This document shows, one piece after another, positions 28,694 to 38,523 of a DNA stretch of 64,000 nucleotides. Position 1 is the first letter of the stretch, and each line of letters begins with the position of its first letter. The position numbers and the translations under genes were made by a program. This DNA comes from a virus (lineage: Duplodnaviria > Caudoviricetes). Location of the stretch: IMG/VR virus record IMGVR_UViG_3300027857_000018, positions 294 through 64,293 of that record. One strand, 5' to 3'. The notes under the pieces were generated by a model. That model ran no database searches and had not been told where the DNA came from. It was given only the letters and a program-made list of their open reading frames with translations.

Positions 28694-28800
28694 GGCGATG
28701 TTCCTGTCATGGGATGATGCCCCGAGCCGCCGCGCCACATCTCCGCGCAGCCGACGATCGCGAGGCAGAGGAGGGAGAGGACGAGGACGGCGCGGGTCAT
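28690..28800 (-). CDS. 36-aa lipoprotein
   Basis: MTRAVLVLSLLCLAIVGCAEMW..., lipobox IVGC, ATGA overlaps at both ends; not in ORF track. Confidence 0.5.
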   Translation of the reverse strand: MTRAVLVLSLLCLAIVGCAEMWRGGSGHHPMTGTSP

Positions 28801-29205
28801 GCTGGCTTGTCCATCGCACCGCCAGCGATGACCATGAGTTTCTTGGTTTTGCGTCGAGAAAGCAGTCTCATGCTGACTTCGGTCACGTCGGCACCGTTAT
28901 CGATATACGTCTCGAAAAATACGACCAGCGAAAACAGTCGCGCTCCGTAAGCTTCGAGCCCACGACCGTGCAGCATTTGTGCAGCGAGCTCTGCTGCTTT
29001 GATGCGAGCGCTGCGTGAGGTGCGGCGTGCGCGGGTCACGTAGTCTGCGGCCGATATGGGGTCACAGGCTGTAAGTCGGCGTGCAAAGACATTTGCTGCC
29101 AGCTCAATGGATTCAGATACGGCATCTTCTGCATCGCTGCGATTGCCGCCAGCGCCTCAGCAGCCTTTTCCAGCGCCACGATAAGGCGCTCTTCCTGTTC
29201 GAGCG

Positions 29206-29559
29206 TCACGGCTGCGCGGCCGGCGCCGCCGGAGCCGGAGAAACCGGCGGCGTAATCGTCGTGGTCGTCGAAGCCGCCCCCGGCGGCACAGGCGGCGTCA
29301 TCGTCGCCATCTTCGCATCCTTGGCCGTGCTTCCGGCGCTCGACCCGACCCAATAGTAGACGACAGCCGCAGTCAGGGTGCCGAGAGTGTTGACCATGTA
29401 GCCTGTCGTTTGGGACTCGGCGACGGCTTTGGTCATGACGAGGGCCAGCGTCAGCAGAAACGAGAGCACGATGACCGCGCTGACGACGACGCGGCCCCAG
29501 GTGTTGATGGTATCGGCTCGGGTCTCGGCCGGCGTTAGCGGAGTGGTGGTGCCGCTCAT
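29206..29559 (-). CDS. Holin (putative)
   Basis: Two TM helices and YYWVGSSAGSTAKD motif, downstream of the endolysin. Confidence 0.75.
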   Translation of the reverse strand: MSGTTTPLTPAETRADTINTWGRVVVSAVIVLSFLLTLALVMTKAVAESQTTGYMVNTLGTLTAAVVYYWVGSSAGSTAKDAKMATMTPPVPPGAASTTTTITPPVSPAPAAPAAQP

Positions 29560-29661
29560 CGGTGTGCCTCGGAAATGTTCTGCTGCGCCTAGCATAACGC
29601 CGTGGTTTCTGCTATGGGGAAATGACCGCGTTATAATCGCCCTCGCGGGGGCTTAGGAGAC

Positions 29662-29970
29662 GTGACCATGGCTTATCATGAAATCCGGGTGCGCCCGGTG
29701 GTTCGCTATATCGTGACCGAATTCTCGTGCGATGACGAGATGAGAAATGGCAAGTCGATTGAGTTCGGCGAGTTCGACAATGTGCACCGCGCGAATGTCG
29801 TTGCCTACGCACTCTCGGAAGCCGACGCGACATCGAACGGTTCGGCGGAATGTCAAGTCGAACCTGCAAGGGCGCTTCGTATCGACTGGCTGCGCGGTCC
29901 CGGAGAACCTCAGGAAGCTATTCGATGGGAACTGCGAGAAGTCGAAAACGCAGCAGGCTCGAGCAACTAG
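29662..29970 (+). CDS. Moron-like hypothetical gene, opposite strand, inside the lysis cassette
   Basis: TATAAT at 29632, AGGAG RBS, VRPVVRYIVT motif. Confidence 0.65.
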   Translation: MTMAYHEIRVRPVVRYIVTEFSCDDEMRNGKSIEFGEFDNVHRANVVAYALSEADATSNGSAECQVEPARALRIDWLRGPGEPQEAIRWELREVENAAGSSN

Positions 29971-29991
29971 CGAAAGCCGCCGGGTTAGGCT

Positions 29992-30103
29992 ATGACGAAG
30001 GCGCTGCGGCAGCCGAGTGAGGATTACATCCCCTGCAGGGGACGGCCGTTCGATACGGCTAGGCTAATGCCGGGGACGCCTGGCAGCTGCAGCGCCTATC
30101 CCA
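29992..30103 (+). ncRNA. Candidate structured ncRNA with tRNA-like arms
   Basis: 12-bp closing stem 29999-30010/30086-30097, inner AGCC/GGCU, UCCCC/GGGGA hairpin, 5-bp stem with UUCGAUA loop, UGCCGGG/CCUGGCA hairpin; G-U pairs favour the + strand. Confidence 0.45.
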
Positions 30104-30626
30104 TCCCCGCCGCCGCCCGCGCCGCCGCGTCCCGAGCATCACACCGATTGAGCCACCCGCGCTCGAACACCGGATTCGCCAGCGCGATATAATCCGCCTG
30201 CTGTGCCGCGTAGAGCTGCGCGAGGAGCACGCCCGCGTCCGGATAGGCGAACACCGTCACGGCGGCGAGCGTGAGCGGCCCGATGATGCCGTCCTCGGCA
30301 GCGCCGACGACGTGCTGCAGGATGCGCGCCGAGGTGCGGACGCCGCGGTTGACTCCGTGATCGAACACCGAAAGCCCGACGCCCACCGGAAGTCGCTGCC
30401 CGCAGACCGGCGTCCAGCAGAGTGCCCGATAAATTGGCGCCGCAGTCTCCGGTGTCAACGCGCGCACGTCGTCCGTGGTCGCCGTGTGCCCGAGCCAGCG
30501 GCGCATGTCGGCGAGCGTGAGGCCGAGATTGGTTAATCCGCCCGGATCGGCGGGGTTGTTCGACAGACCGCCCTCGGCCGAGAGGGTGAAGGCGAAGGCC
30601 GCGGGGAAGGGATCGGTTCCGCTCAT
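30096..30626 (-). CDS. Endolysin, glycoside hydrolase family 108
   Basis: EGGLSNNPADPGGLTNLG, FDHGVNRG, DGIIGPLTL, F.RGWLNR. Confidence 0.92.
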   Translation of the reverse strand: MSGTDPFPAAFAFTLSAEGGLSNNPADPGGLTNLGLTLADMRRWLGHTATTDDVRALTPETAAPIYRALCWTPVCGQRLPVGVGLSVFDHGVNRGVRTSARILQHVVGAAEDGIIGPLTLAAVTVFAYPDAGVLLAQLYAAQQADYIALANPVFERGWLNRCDARDAAARAAAGMG

Positions 30627-30949
30627 TCCATACCCCAATGTTTCATGAGCGCCTTGCCAACTTCAGGACCAAAGGCAAGAGCAAGTAACGACGCCATGCT
30701 GCCGAGCACCCAATACGCCGTCTTCCGGAATCCACGCCATGTCGAAAGGTCTTCGCTTTGCGATTTTTGGATCCGTACCATTTCTTCTATCTGGCGTCCT
30801 TGCGCCTCCGAACGCTCTTTAAGCGTGCCCATCCCCTCGATTAATTGCGCGAGCTGTTCTTGCACGACTCGCGCCTCAGCGTGCGTCGTTGGGAAGCCCG
30901 GCGGCAGATCCGGCGGACGGTTCAAGGGAATGACCTTTGCGGCGCTCAC
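30623..30949 (-). CDS. Coiled-coil protein with C-terminal TM helix (holin/antiholin-like)
   Basis: Directly upstream of the endolysin. Confidence 0.6.
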   Translation of the reverse strand: MSAAKVIPLNRPPDLPPGFPTTHAEARVVQEQLAQLIEGMGTLKERSEAQGRQIEEMVRIQKSQSEDLSTWRGFRKTAYWVLGSMASLLALAFGPEVGKALMKHWGME

Positions 30950-31065
30950 GGAGCATACTCCACGGCATGGCCTACTCCCGCGATCACAAAGTTCGTGATC
31001 GTTGATTTAGCACGGTTTTGGGACGAAATGTCACAGGTCATACCGTGAAATCCTCGTAAATTATT

Positions 31066-31464
31066 CATCAAACCCCATCACAATCGTAATCGAACTTGTC
31101 AGATGTGATCGACGTGCCTGTGATCGTGATCGTTGTCAGGTTGTATCGGAATGCCAGTGCCGGTGATCGGCATCCCGGGCTGTAGGGCCGTGGCGGTCGT
31201 GAGCGCCAGCAACGTGCTCGCCGTCGGCTGCGCGAGATCTACCGTGATCGCTACTGGCGTCGCAGCGGCAGCGTTGACGCTGACCGAAGTTGGGTTGGCC
31301 AGCCAAGTCCTCATGACGAGGAACGGCGGCTGGCCACCCTGCGGATTCTCGATGTTCCCCCATGACAGGTTCGTGCCGCGCATGGTCTCGGGTGACAGTT
31401 CCGCGCGGGCGGACATCGCCGCCAGCACAGTCGCCGAGACAGTCGCGAGACAGATCTTGCGCAT
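31066..31464 (-). pseudogene. Truncated, frameshifted remnant of a tail-spike-like gene
   Basis: N-terminus paralogous to 31512..33599. After TGTGIP the Thr-rich sequence continues in another frame (NLTTITITGTSITS) and then stops. Confidence 0.55.
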
Positions 31465-31511
31465 GGAGGAAGTCCTTATTGGTGAGGACGGGGCTATCTT
31501 TTTTGCTGGTA

Positions 31512-33599
31512 TTACGGTGACACGTTGGTATTGCCCGATGCATTCGTACCCGGGTCCTGACATGTCCACGTGATAGTTCCGCTACTCGTCAAGGTATTCG
31601 TGAAGGTGATTCCAGTCGTGGATGCGACGCCTGTCAGAGCAGCTAGACCGGACTGGGAGTTATAGGTGCAATCTGGGACAGCGCTATGCGTATGATTCCA
31701 TGCCATTGTGCAACCTGTCGCGCTGGTCCCTTCCGTGAGAGTGCCATGCGCATCAGTCGCACCAAACGATACTGAAGGTGTGCCACCGCCGCAACTGGTC
31801 AGGGCACCGACAGCAGGCCCAACGAGGATGTGCGAGCCCTTGATGTACTCGTCAATGTTGACATCTGGCACAGTCGAGACCACGACCATGGCAGCGGTTG
31901 TATAGTCGCCAGGATATTGGTTGCCGGATATGGAATAGTGGTTACCGCCTCCGACCAATATGTCATACAGTGGATGATTTTGGGCTGGGCCGCCGAATAT
32001 AACGCCATGGACCGATCCATAGTTGAGACCGCCTGTCAATTGGATATTGGCGTATCCACCGCCGCTAGTGGTATTATTAATATATAATCCACTTAACGAC
32101 ACCAAAGTGCCACCAGTAATATATGCCCCAACTCTGCTATTAGTCGTCACCCAGGTATCAAAATTAGCCCCTAGCAGGTGTGTATCGGATATGAGAATTC
32201 CATCGTAATCTCCATCTTCGATAGCACCACCCTTGTATATCCAACCTCCTTCCTTGGCCGTGACGGCCAGTGTCAAGGTCGTACCATTGGTGACGCTGGC
32301 AGCACTGTCCGCATTTCCCGTGGTAGCATCGACGATGCTGATACTGGTATTCGTGATGAACGAGCCAACCACTGCGTTGCTCGGCACGTTGGTACCTGTT
32401 ACCGTCTCACCGACGATTACCCCCGTCGTGCTCGCGACCGGGATTACGCCGCTGGAATTGCCATTGCCACTGGCTGCCACGGTGAAGCTATCGGATGTCC
32501 AGCCAGCTATTTGGAACGAATTCCATGCGCCGGCAACGTGGTCGGTCGTTCCTGTGCCGTAGAAGCCGCCTTCATCGGTGGTGAAGCCGTCGAAATATAG
32601 ACCGGTGAGTTGCGAGTTTGCATATTGCAGTTGCGTGCACACTGATCCAAGACCGCCGCGGAAAGCGTGTCCGCCGGCAAACCCGATGCCATCGGACGAC
32701 TGTATCATAAATATGCAGGAATAAGTTTCCCCTGCGCCACCCGCTCCGCCGTCTGCTTCCAGACCCATGAAGTTGTTTTGAGATGGAGTCTGACTAGCGA
32801 TGCTAGTATTGTGGACATATAGCATGTAGGAGCCAGCGGAAGTGTTATCACCATCCAAATACGTTTTCGTTGAAAACGTATTGACACAACTGCTGCATTC
32901 GAGATTGCGATAGCCGCCGGTCAGTTCGATCTCGTCCATGGCGAACACGTTCGTGCGATCTAGAAGAACTGCCGCACCAGAACTTGAATTTGCTACCTGT
33001 GGGAATACTCGTAGCTTCGCAATCGAGTCACCGTGCGCGTTCGGCTGGCCATTTGCCGGCTGAAAATGGAATAGATTATTCCCGCCAGCTGTCCAGAAGA
33101 TTACGGTAGACCCAATACCAAGTCCCTCTATGCGGACTCCGCCGCATGGAATCGAGATTTCCCCCGCAGTCGTGTCAATCTGCAGACTGCCTCCGGGGAG
33201 CCTGATAACAGAATCAGTTGGCGACGCCGCGCATACCGTGGCCACAAGGCTCGTAAGGACGGCCTGATTTTGCGCGCCTGTTTTTGAGGCACCCATACCA
33301 TAGTCTGCTGCATTATAGATTGTGCAGTTAGATCCAGACGCATCGCACCCAGCAAACCGCTGTGCCAATGTGAGTGCGGCTGTACCTCCAAGAACCTTAA
33401 CAGTTGATGAAGATACATTACCGGTTGGATTTGTAAGCCAATCCCGCAATACCAAAAAGGATGGAGGGCCGCCATTCGGATTTTCGATATTCCCCCACGA
33501 CAAATCGGTGCCACGCATGGTTTCTGGAGAAATCTCCGCACGGGCGTGGGCAGCAGCCAATGCGACTATGAAGCCTATTGCAATCCATACGTGGCGCAT
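31512..33599 (-). CDS. Tail spike / beta-helix depolymerase-like protein
   Basis: YNAADYG...IRLPGG...IEGLGIGSTVI pectate-lyase-3-like start; G/S/T/N-rich; AT-richer DNA; start MRHVW. Confidence 0.75.
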   Translation of the reverse strand: MRHVWIAIGFIVALAAAHARAEISPETMRGTDLSWGNIENPNGGPPSFLVLRDWLTNPTGNVSSSTVKVLGGTAALTLAQRFAGCDASGSNCTIYNAADYGMGASKTGAQNQAVLTSLVATVCAASPTDSVIRLPGGSLQIDTTAGEISIPCGGVRIEGLGIGSTVIFWTAGGNNLFHFQPANGQPNAHGDSIAKLRVFPQVANSSSGAAVLLDRTNVFAMDEIELTGGYRNLECSSCVNTFSTKTYLDGDNTSAGSYMLYVHNTSIASQTPSQNNFMGLEADGGAGGAGETYSCIFMIQSSDGIGFAGGHAFRGGLGSVCTQLQYANSQLTGLYFDGFTTDEGGFYGTGTTDHVAGAWNSFQIAGWTSDSFTVAASGNGNSSGVIPVASTTGVIVGETVTGTNVPSNAVVGSFITNTSISIVDATTGNADSAASVTNGTTLTLAVTAKEGGWIYKGGAIEDGDYDGILISDTHLLGANFDTWVTTNSRVGAYITGGTLVSLSGLYINNTTSGGGYANIQLTGGLNYGSVHGVIFGGPAQNHPLYDILVGGGNHYSISGNQYPGDYTTAAMVVVSTVPDVNIDEYIKGSHILVGPAVGALTSCGGGTPSVSFGATDAHGTLTEGTSATGCTMAWNHTHSAVPDCTYNSQSGLAALTGVASTTGITFTNTLTSSGTITWTCQDPGTNASGNTNVSP

Positions 33600-33610
33600 A
33601 GGAAGTCCCT

Positions 33611-33895
33611 TTAGTGAGGAATGGCAGCCTTTGCAGGTGGTTCGGAAGCAACCGTCGCCGCCCGTTTCTCCGCCTCGGCGAGCTTCTGCGAGAACTCGGA
33701 GATCGACTTCTGCAGGTTCGCGACCTCCTGGTCGGCACTTTCGCTGCGCTCGTCGGCGAGCGCGCGCTGCAGCGCACACTCGTTGAGTTGCCGCGACATG
33801 GAGGCGATGATCTTGTTCGGATCTGGGTTGCGCTGCTGCGCGAAGGCAGGAGCGGCGGCGAGGATGGCGGCGGTGGCGAGAAGGGAAAGGCGCAT
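33611..33895 (-). CDS. Small coiled-coil protein with signal peptide
   Basis: MRLSLLATAAILAAAPAFA-Q; AGGAG RBS. Confidence 0.65.
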   Translation of the reverse strand: MRLSLLATAAILAAAPAFAQQRNPDPNKIIASMSRQLNECALQRALADERSESADQEVANLQKSISEFSQKLAEAEKRAATVASEPPAKAAIPH

Positions 33896-33917
33896 AGAAT
33901 CTCCTGTTGATGGTCGG

Positions 33918-36900
33918 TCAGTAACCTGTGCATTGGAAAGCGATGACATCGGTAGCGCCCGCACCTGCAGGAATTGAGAGAGTCGCGGTCGTTTGGTTGC
34001 TAGCTGATTGCGAGATAAGCACCGTGGGCGCGGTCTGATCGGATGCGGAGCATGCCCAGCCATTGGTCGCCGTTGCGCCCGTGGCGCCTGCGATGGTGAT
34101 CACAGCCGAGCACGCGCTGGCTCCGAGCGTGAATTTGCCGGCGCGAGCACCGCCAGTGGTCGAAGAAATGGAGCACCCGGAAGTGGTGAACTTGGTACCT
34201 GCGTCTAGGATCGGGCCAGTGAAAGCATTAAGACCAGCGCCTTTGGTGATATAGCTGACGCCGATGTTCGAGTCCGTTCCTGTGGCGTTAAGCGACACAT
34301 TATGCGTAGCCGTATTCGAGTTGAACTTGAGGAAGTTCGCTTGCGTACCTGCGGTTCCGACGCCAAACTGTGCCATGACGACACCGCCGGAATCCGTAAG
34401 GCTGAACACAGGGCTTGACGCGCCTGCGACAGAATTTAGGAACGAGACCGACCCGGCACCGCCCGACACCGTTACGGACTGCGTCGATCCGGTTCCCAGC
34501 AAAGCCGATCCGCTGACATTCAGCGCCGAAAGTGTCGCCGTGCTGGTAATTGAACCCGTGATCGCGGCGGGAGCGAGCGTGCCTCCTGTCATCGTGCCGA
34601 AGAAGGTACTTGGCCCGATCTGGCCCTGATACGTCCCCAATGTCCCCGGCGCCGTGAATGTGAAGGTCGCACCGCCTCCACCATTCGTGCCTACATTCAT
34701 GATATAATCGCGCGCATCATCGGTAGCCATCGACACGATTGCGGCATTCGAGGCAGAACCGCCGAGAACGACATCATCATACATGTCGAGAACGCCAAGC
34801 GTCTCTTGGATGTATGGCACTGTCGTGGTTTGCCCGATCGCGAGCAGCGTCGTGTTTGAGATGTTCGTCACTGCAGCCGACCCGTTCGTCAACACCATCG
34901 TCGTGGCCGGGTTGTTCATCGTGAGAGAGCCACCCATGATCGACAATTGGGCGCCAGTGTTCACGATCGCCGCAGAAGCGGAGCCGCTATATGGCAGATA
35001 GAGATTGGAGAAATAGAGACGCCCACTTGTGGCTTGAAGGGCCGGGGTTGCCGCGCCGTTCACCACGCCTGCGCCAGGAAGATAGACATTCCCGAATTGG
35101 GTCCATTGGGTACTGGAACCGTTTGCGACCAGACCACCTGTCGTATCCATCTGCAATGAATTGAAATGCCCGAATGTCCAATTGCTCGTGAGCGTCCCAG
35201 GCTGGGCAAAGCACTGCATGATATTGAAGTCAGCAGCGTCAACGCGGTCAAATTTGAAGCATTGGCCACCGTTGTAGAAGTTTTGCAAGAACGCAGCGCC
35301 TCCGCCAAGATATGGTGCGAACATCCCGAATGGCCATGATTCGAAGACACCGATCTGCGCGAAGTTGGCCGTGAGGCCCGCTTGGATTGCAGAGTTGATC
35401 GCCCCTACATGCGTCGTGCCGATGCGCCAGCTTTGCGTCGCACCACCGCTGCCGTAGATGCTGTAGCCCTGCCAGACATTGTCCATGTCCACATTATCGA
35501 TGTAGACGAGTCCGGCGCCACTCGCGTAGATGACAGGCGGATAGATGCACGGCGCCGAGCCCGCCGTCAACGAACACGACCCCAGCGCTACGGCTGCGGA
35601 CTGCGGCATGGCAGCATGGATCGAATCCCCGACATGAATGCTGCCAGCGGCCACCACAGCGGGACTGAACGTGACGACGTTGCCGACGATATTGGTGATC
35701 GTCGTGCTCGCCGTCTGCTGCGGCCACTGGGAGAGCGCGCCAGTCCGCGACGCATCAACGAGGTAGTCGCCGATGGTGAAACCAGCCACCGAGTTGAGCG
35801 TTACGCTAGTTCCGCCAGCCGCCACGCCACTGGTAACCACCGTCGTTACCGCATCCGGCGGCTGGTGCTCCTGAATCTTCATGTTCATGACGCAGGGCTG
35901 CGTCTGTAACCCAGAGTTCAGCCCATTGCCGTTCAGGATGATGACGCCGTTCTGCCCGGCCTGGAAATCCGTCGAGATATCCAGCGTCGTCGCATTCTGA
36001 ACGCCCGAGATGCATTGCGAGGTCGGGCCGATGCCTACCGTGATCGGCGATTTGAGGTGGTACGTGCCAGCGGGGAGATTGACGCTGCGAATGATGCCGA
36101 AGGATGTCGCCGCGAGCGCCTGATTGATGCCTGGCGCGCTGTCCAGAGCCCCAGTCGGATCGACACTAGAGAACTGCGTCGCATCCACAGCATCGAGCGA
36201 GAGCGTGCCGAAGTTGCGCGCGATGCCACCCGTGGCCGGGGGCGTCACCGTCGCGAGCGAAATGTCGGAGTTAAGCGTGCCGCCGTTGACGGTGCCGATA
36301 AGGTTGACGGTGCCGCCGGCCGTGCCGACGTTGACGACGGTTGCCCGTGTCGAGGTCATGCCGAGCGAGATGTGGCCGCCTGTGCTGTCTCCCGTCGTTG
36401 CCTGCGTGCCAGTCAATGATGCAGTGCTGATATCCGGCGAAAGGACGGAAACCGTAAGTGCGCCCATGCCGACCGGCACCGTCGCCCCGACCACGCCACA
36501 GTTGCTCGTGACCGGCACTTCCGCCCAGTTCTGCCCGAACGGATTGCCGCCTGCGACATTGTAGACGCCAGCATTCGTGATCGAAAGTGCGCCGAAGAGC
36601 GTGCCACCGCTGCTCACTGTCCCGGCAAGTTGGAATGGCGTGACACCGACGCCGGAAGCATCCGTCAGCGTGCACGACCCAGGCGTGCCGCCGGAGCCGC
36701 CATTGTCCACGGTGTTCGTCGAGATGACGAGAGTCTGCGTAACTTGGTACTGGCCGGTCGAGATGTTGCCAGGGCCATAGAGGATGTCGCCCGGGAAAGA
36801 GTTGTCCTGCCCGAGCTGCGCATTGATGCTGTCGCCATTGACGGCGATGGAAGGCGTGCCAGTGACGGTAAAATAGCTCGGCGCGATCGTGAGGCCGGAT

Positions 36901-38252
36901 GATGACGGTGCCAGCGTTGTGGCGCCAAGGGCGATCGTGCCCATGCCATCGACGGAGAAGTTTGGCGAAATGAACGGATGGCCGCTTTGCAGCGTGAAAT
37001 TTGCCCAATGGGCATCGACGAAACTGGTCAGCAGTTCGGGGCGAAACTGGCAGCAGTTGCCTTGCGAACCGACGTTCTGCTGCGGATCTGTGGTGAGAAT
37101 GACGCCGGAAGGGGGGAGAGGCAGATACGAACCCGGCCCCCCCACAACGAAAGCCTTCTGGATCGTCGGCACCGCTCCATTCTGGACAGCCAGCCGCAAC
37201 CCATCATTCGTGCGCGTGCCGCCAGTCGTGTGCGAGTTCAGCAGCACCCAGGACTGCTGGATTTCATCAAGCGGCGCGCTGTTGACACCTGGAGGCGCCT
37301 GCACGCTCATATCCCATTCGCCGGCTGTCTCCACGAGGATGAAGCCAGTTGCTCCCGGCGTCAGCACCGTCTGACCTGATATGCCGTAAGCAAGCCCGGC
37401 CGGGCACGACGTGCCGCCTCCCGTGCTACTTGTGCAATGCGAGTGATTGTATGTCAGGCTGAAATATGCTGGTCCATCCTGCTCCGTCTTATTGAGCATA
37501 TTGCCGGTATCGAACAGCGTCACGGCAAGCGGGGTGCTGGCACCAAGACCATCTGCCGTGCCAAGGTTTTCCTGGATTTTTAGGACGCCAACACCGCCTG
37601 CGCCATGCAGCGTCCCACTATTGTAAAACGTCGTATTGGCATTCAGAGCCATTGTATGCGGAAAAAACGACGTGAGATTACTGGCGCCGCTATCCGAATA
37701 TGTCTCCACGAATTCATTATATTGCGAAGTCAGTGTCGGAGGCGTATAGGTAGCCCCGCCGAAAGCAATCGTCGGCAACCCAGCCATTGAGAGATTGCCG
37801 TTGCGGAAACTGAGCGTCCCGGAAAATCCCAGCCCGTTCGTGCCGTTGACGGCGATCGTCGCGCAGCCTCCCGAGAGGCAGTTCCCCGAGGTGGATGATC
37901 CTGGCGTGAGTGTAACGGCGGCTTGTCCGCCGCTTCCGACCGCCACGGCCCCGGTAAACGTGTCCCCAGCCCGGTTGGCTGGCGTGTAGCCAAGGATCGA
38001 CGCCACCTGCGCCGATGTGATCGTGTTCGTGATCTGCAGCAGGGAGATCGACCCTTGGCCACCCTGCGCGAGCGATGGCCGAAACCCAAGTACGAGGTCG
38101 GTCGGTTGCGCTGTGATGATCGGCGATGTCTGGCAGCCCCAGTACGACGGCGACGCGGGGAAACTGCACGGCTGCGCCTTGGCCATCGAGGGCAGCGCGC
38201 AAAGAAGCGCCGTCGCAAGGCCCGTGCTGAGCAGCAATCCGTTGCGTGTCAT
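33918..38252 (-). CDS. Large tail fibre/spike protein
   Basis: LGYTPANRAGDTFTG fibre motif, DPTGALDSAPGINQAL...LPAGTYHL beta-helix motif; start MTRNG. Confidence 0.8.
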   Translation of the reverse strand: MTRNGLLLSTGLATALLCALPSMAKAQPCSFPASPSYWGCQTSPIITAQPTDLVLGFRPSLAQGGQGSISLLQITNTITSAQVASILGYTPANRAGDTFTGAVAVGSGGQAAVTLTPGSSTSGNCLSGGCATIAVNGTNGLGFSGTLSFRNGNLSMAGLPTIAFGGATYTPPTLTSQYNEFVETYSDSGASNLTSFFPHTMALNANTTFYNSGTLHGAGGVGVLKIQENLGTADGLGASTPLAVTLFDTGNMLNKTEQDGPAYFSLTYNHSHCTSSTGGGTSCPAGLAYGISGQTVLTPGATGFILVETAGEWDMSVQAPPGVNSAPLDEIQQSWVLLNSHTTGGTRTNDGLRLAVQNGAVPTIQKAFVVGGPGSYLPLPPSGVILTTDPQQNVGSQGNCCQFRPELLTSFVDAHWANFTLQSGHPFISPNFSVDGMGTIALGATTLAPSSSGLTIAPSYFTVTGTPSIAVNGDSINAQLGQDNSFPGDILYGPGNISTGQYQVTQTLVISTNTVDNGGSGGTPGSCTLTDASGVGVTPFQLAGTVSSGGTLFGALSITNAGVYNVAGGNPFGQNWAEVPVTSNCGVVGATVPVGMGALTVSVLSPDISTASLTGTQATTGDSTGGHISLGMTSTRATVVNVGTAGGTVNLIGTVNGGTLNSDISLATVTPPATGGIARNFGTLSLDAVDATQFSSVDPTGALDSAPGINQALAATSFGIIRSVNLPAGTYHLKSPITVGIGPTSQCISGVQNATTLDISTDFQAGQNGVIILNGNGLNSGLQTQPCVMNMKIQEHQPPDAVTTVVTSGVAAGGTSVTLNSVAGFTIGDYLVDASRTGALSQWPQQTASTTITNIVGNVVTFSPAVVAAGSIHVGDSIHAAMPQSAAVALGSCSLTAGSAPCIYPPVIYASGAGLVYIDNVDMDNVWQGYSIYGSGGATQSWRIGTTHVGAINSAIQAGLTANFAQIGVFESWPFGMFAPYLGGGAAFLQNFYNGGQCFKFDRVDAADFNIMQCFAQPGTLTSNWTFGHFNSLQMDTTGGLVANGSSTQWTQFGNVYLPGAGVVNGAATPALQATSGRLYFSNLYLPYSGSASAAIVNTGAQLSIMGGSLTMNNPATTMVLTNGSAAVTNISNTTLLAIGQTTTVPYIQETLGVLDMYDDVVLGGSASNAAIVSMATDDARDYIMNVGTNGGGGATFTFTAPGTLGTYQGQIGPSTFFGTMTGGTLAPAAITGSITSTATLSALNVSGSALLGTGSTQSVTVSGGAGSVSFLNSVAGASSPVFSLTDSGGVVMAQFGVGTAGTQANFLKFNSNTATHNVSLNATGTDSNIGVSYITKGAGLNAFTGPILDAGTKFTTSGCSISSTTGGARAGKFTLGASACSAVITIAGATGATATNGWACSASDQTAPTVLISQSASNQTTATLSIPAGAGATDVIAFQCTGY

Positions 38253-38268
38253 GTGCTGTTCTCTTTTC

Positions 38269-38523
38269 TTACGGGCCGAGGGTGTAGATCGGATTGCCGA
38301 ACGGATCGAACATGAGGTTTCCGTACGGGTCGCGAAGCTGCTCCAGGACGATATCGTAATCCTGGTAATAGGGCACCGGGTTGACGAAGCACCGCCCGTT
38401 GGAAAACTCATAGATGATCGGTTGCAGAAGACGCCGATAGAAATCCGGATCGGCCTCCTGAACGAGTCCCGTCCAACTGATGATGCGCGTCGGCGGCGGC
38501 GAAGGCCATGTCGAGCCGCTCAT
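38269..38523 (-). CDS. Hypothetical virion-module protein
   Basis: ATGA-coupled to the upstream gene; fills the gap. Confidence 0.6.
   Translation of the reverse strand: MSGSTWPSPPPTRIISWTGLVQEADPDFYRRLLQPIIYEFSNGRCFVNPVPYYQDYDIVLEQLRDPYGNLMFDPFGNPIYTLGP

Noticed and set aside
30011-30065. Canonical tRNA gene
   Set aside because: Acceptor only about 4 bp, no 7-nt anticodon loop and no CCA; kept only as a tRNA-like candidate.
31099-33599. Diversity-generating retroelement TR/VR pair
   Set aside because: No reverse transcriptase in the window; the duplicated segment is N-terminal and differences are not adenine-specific.
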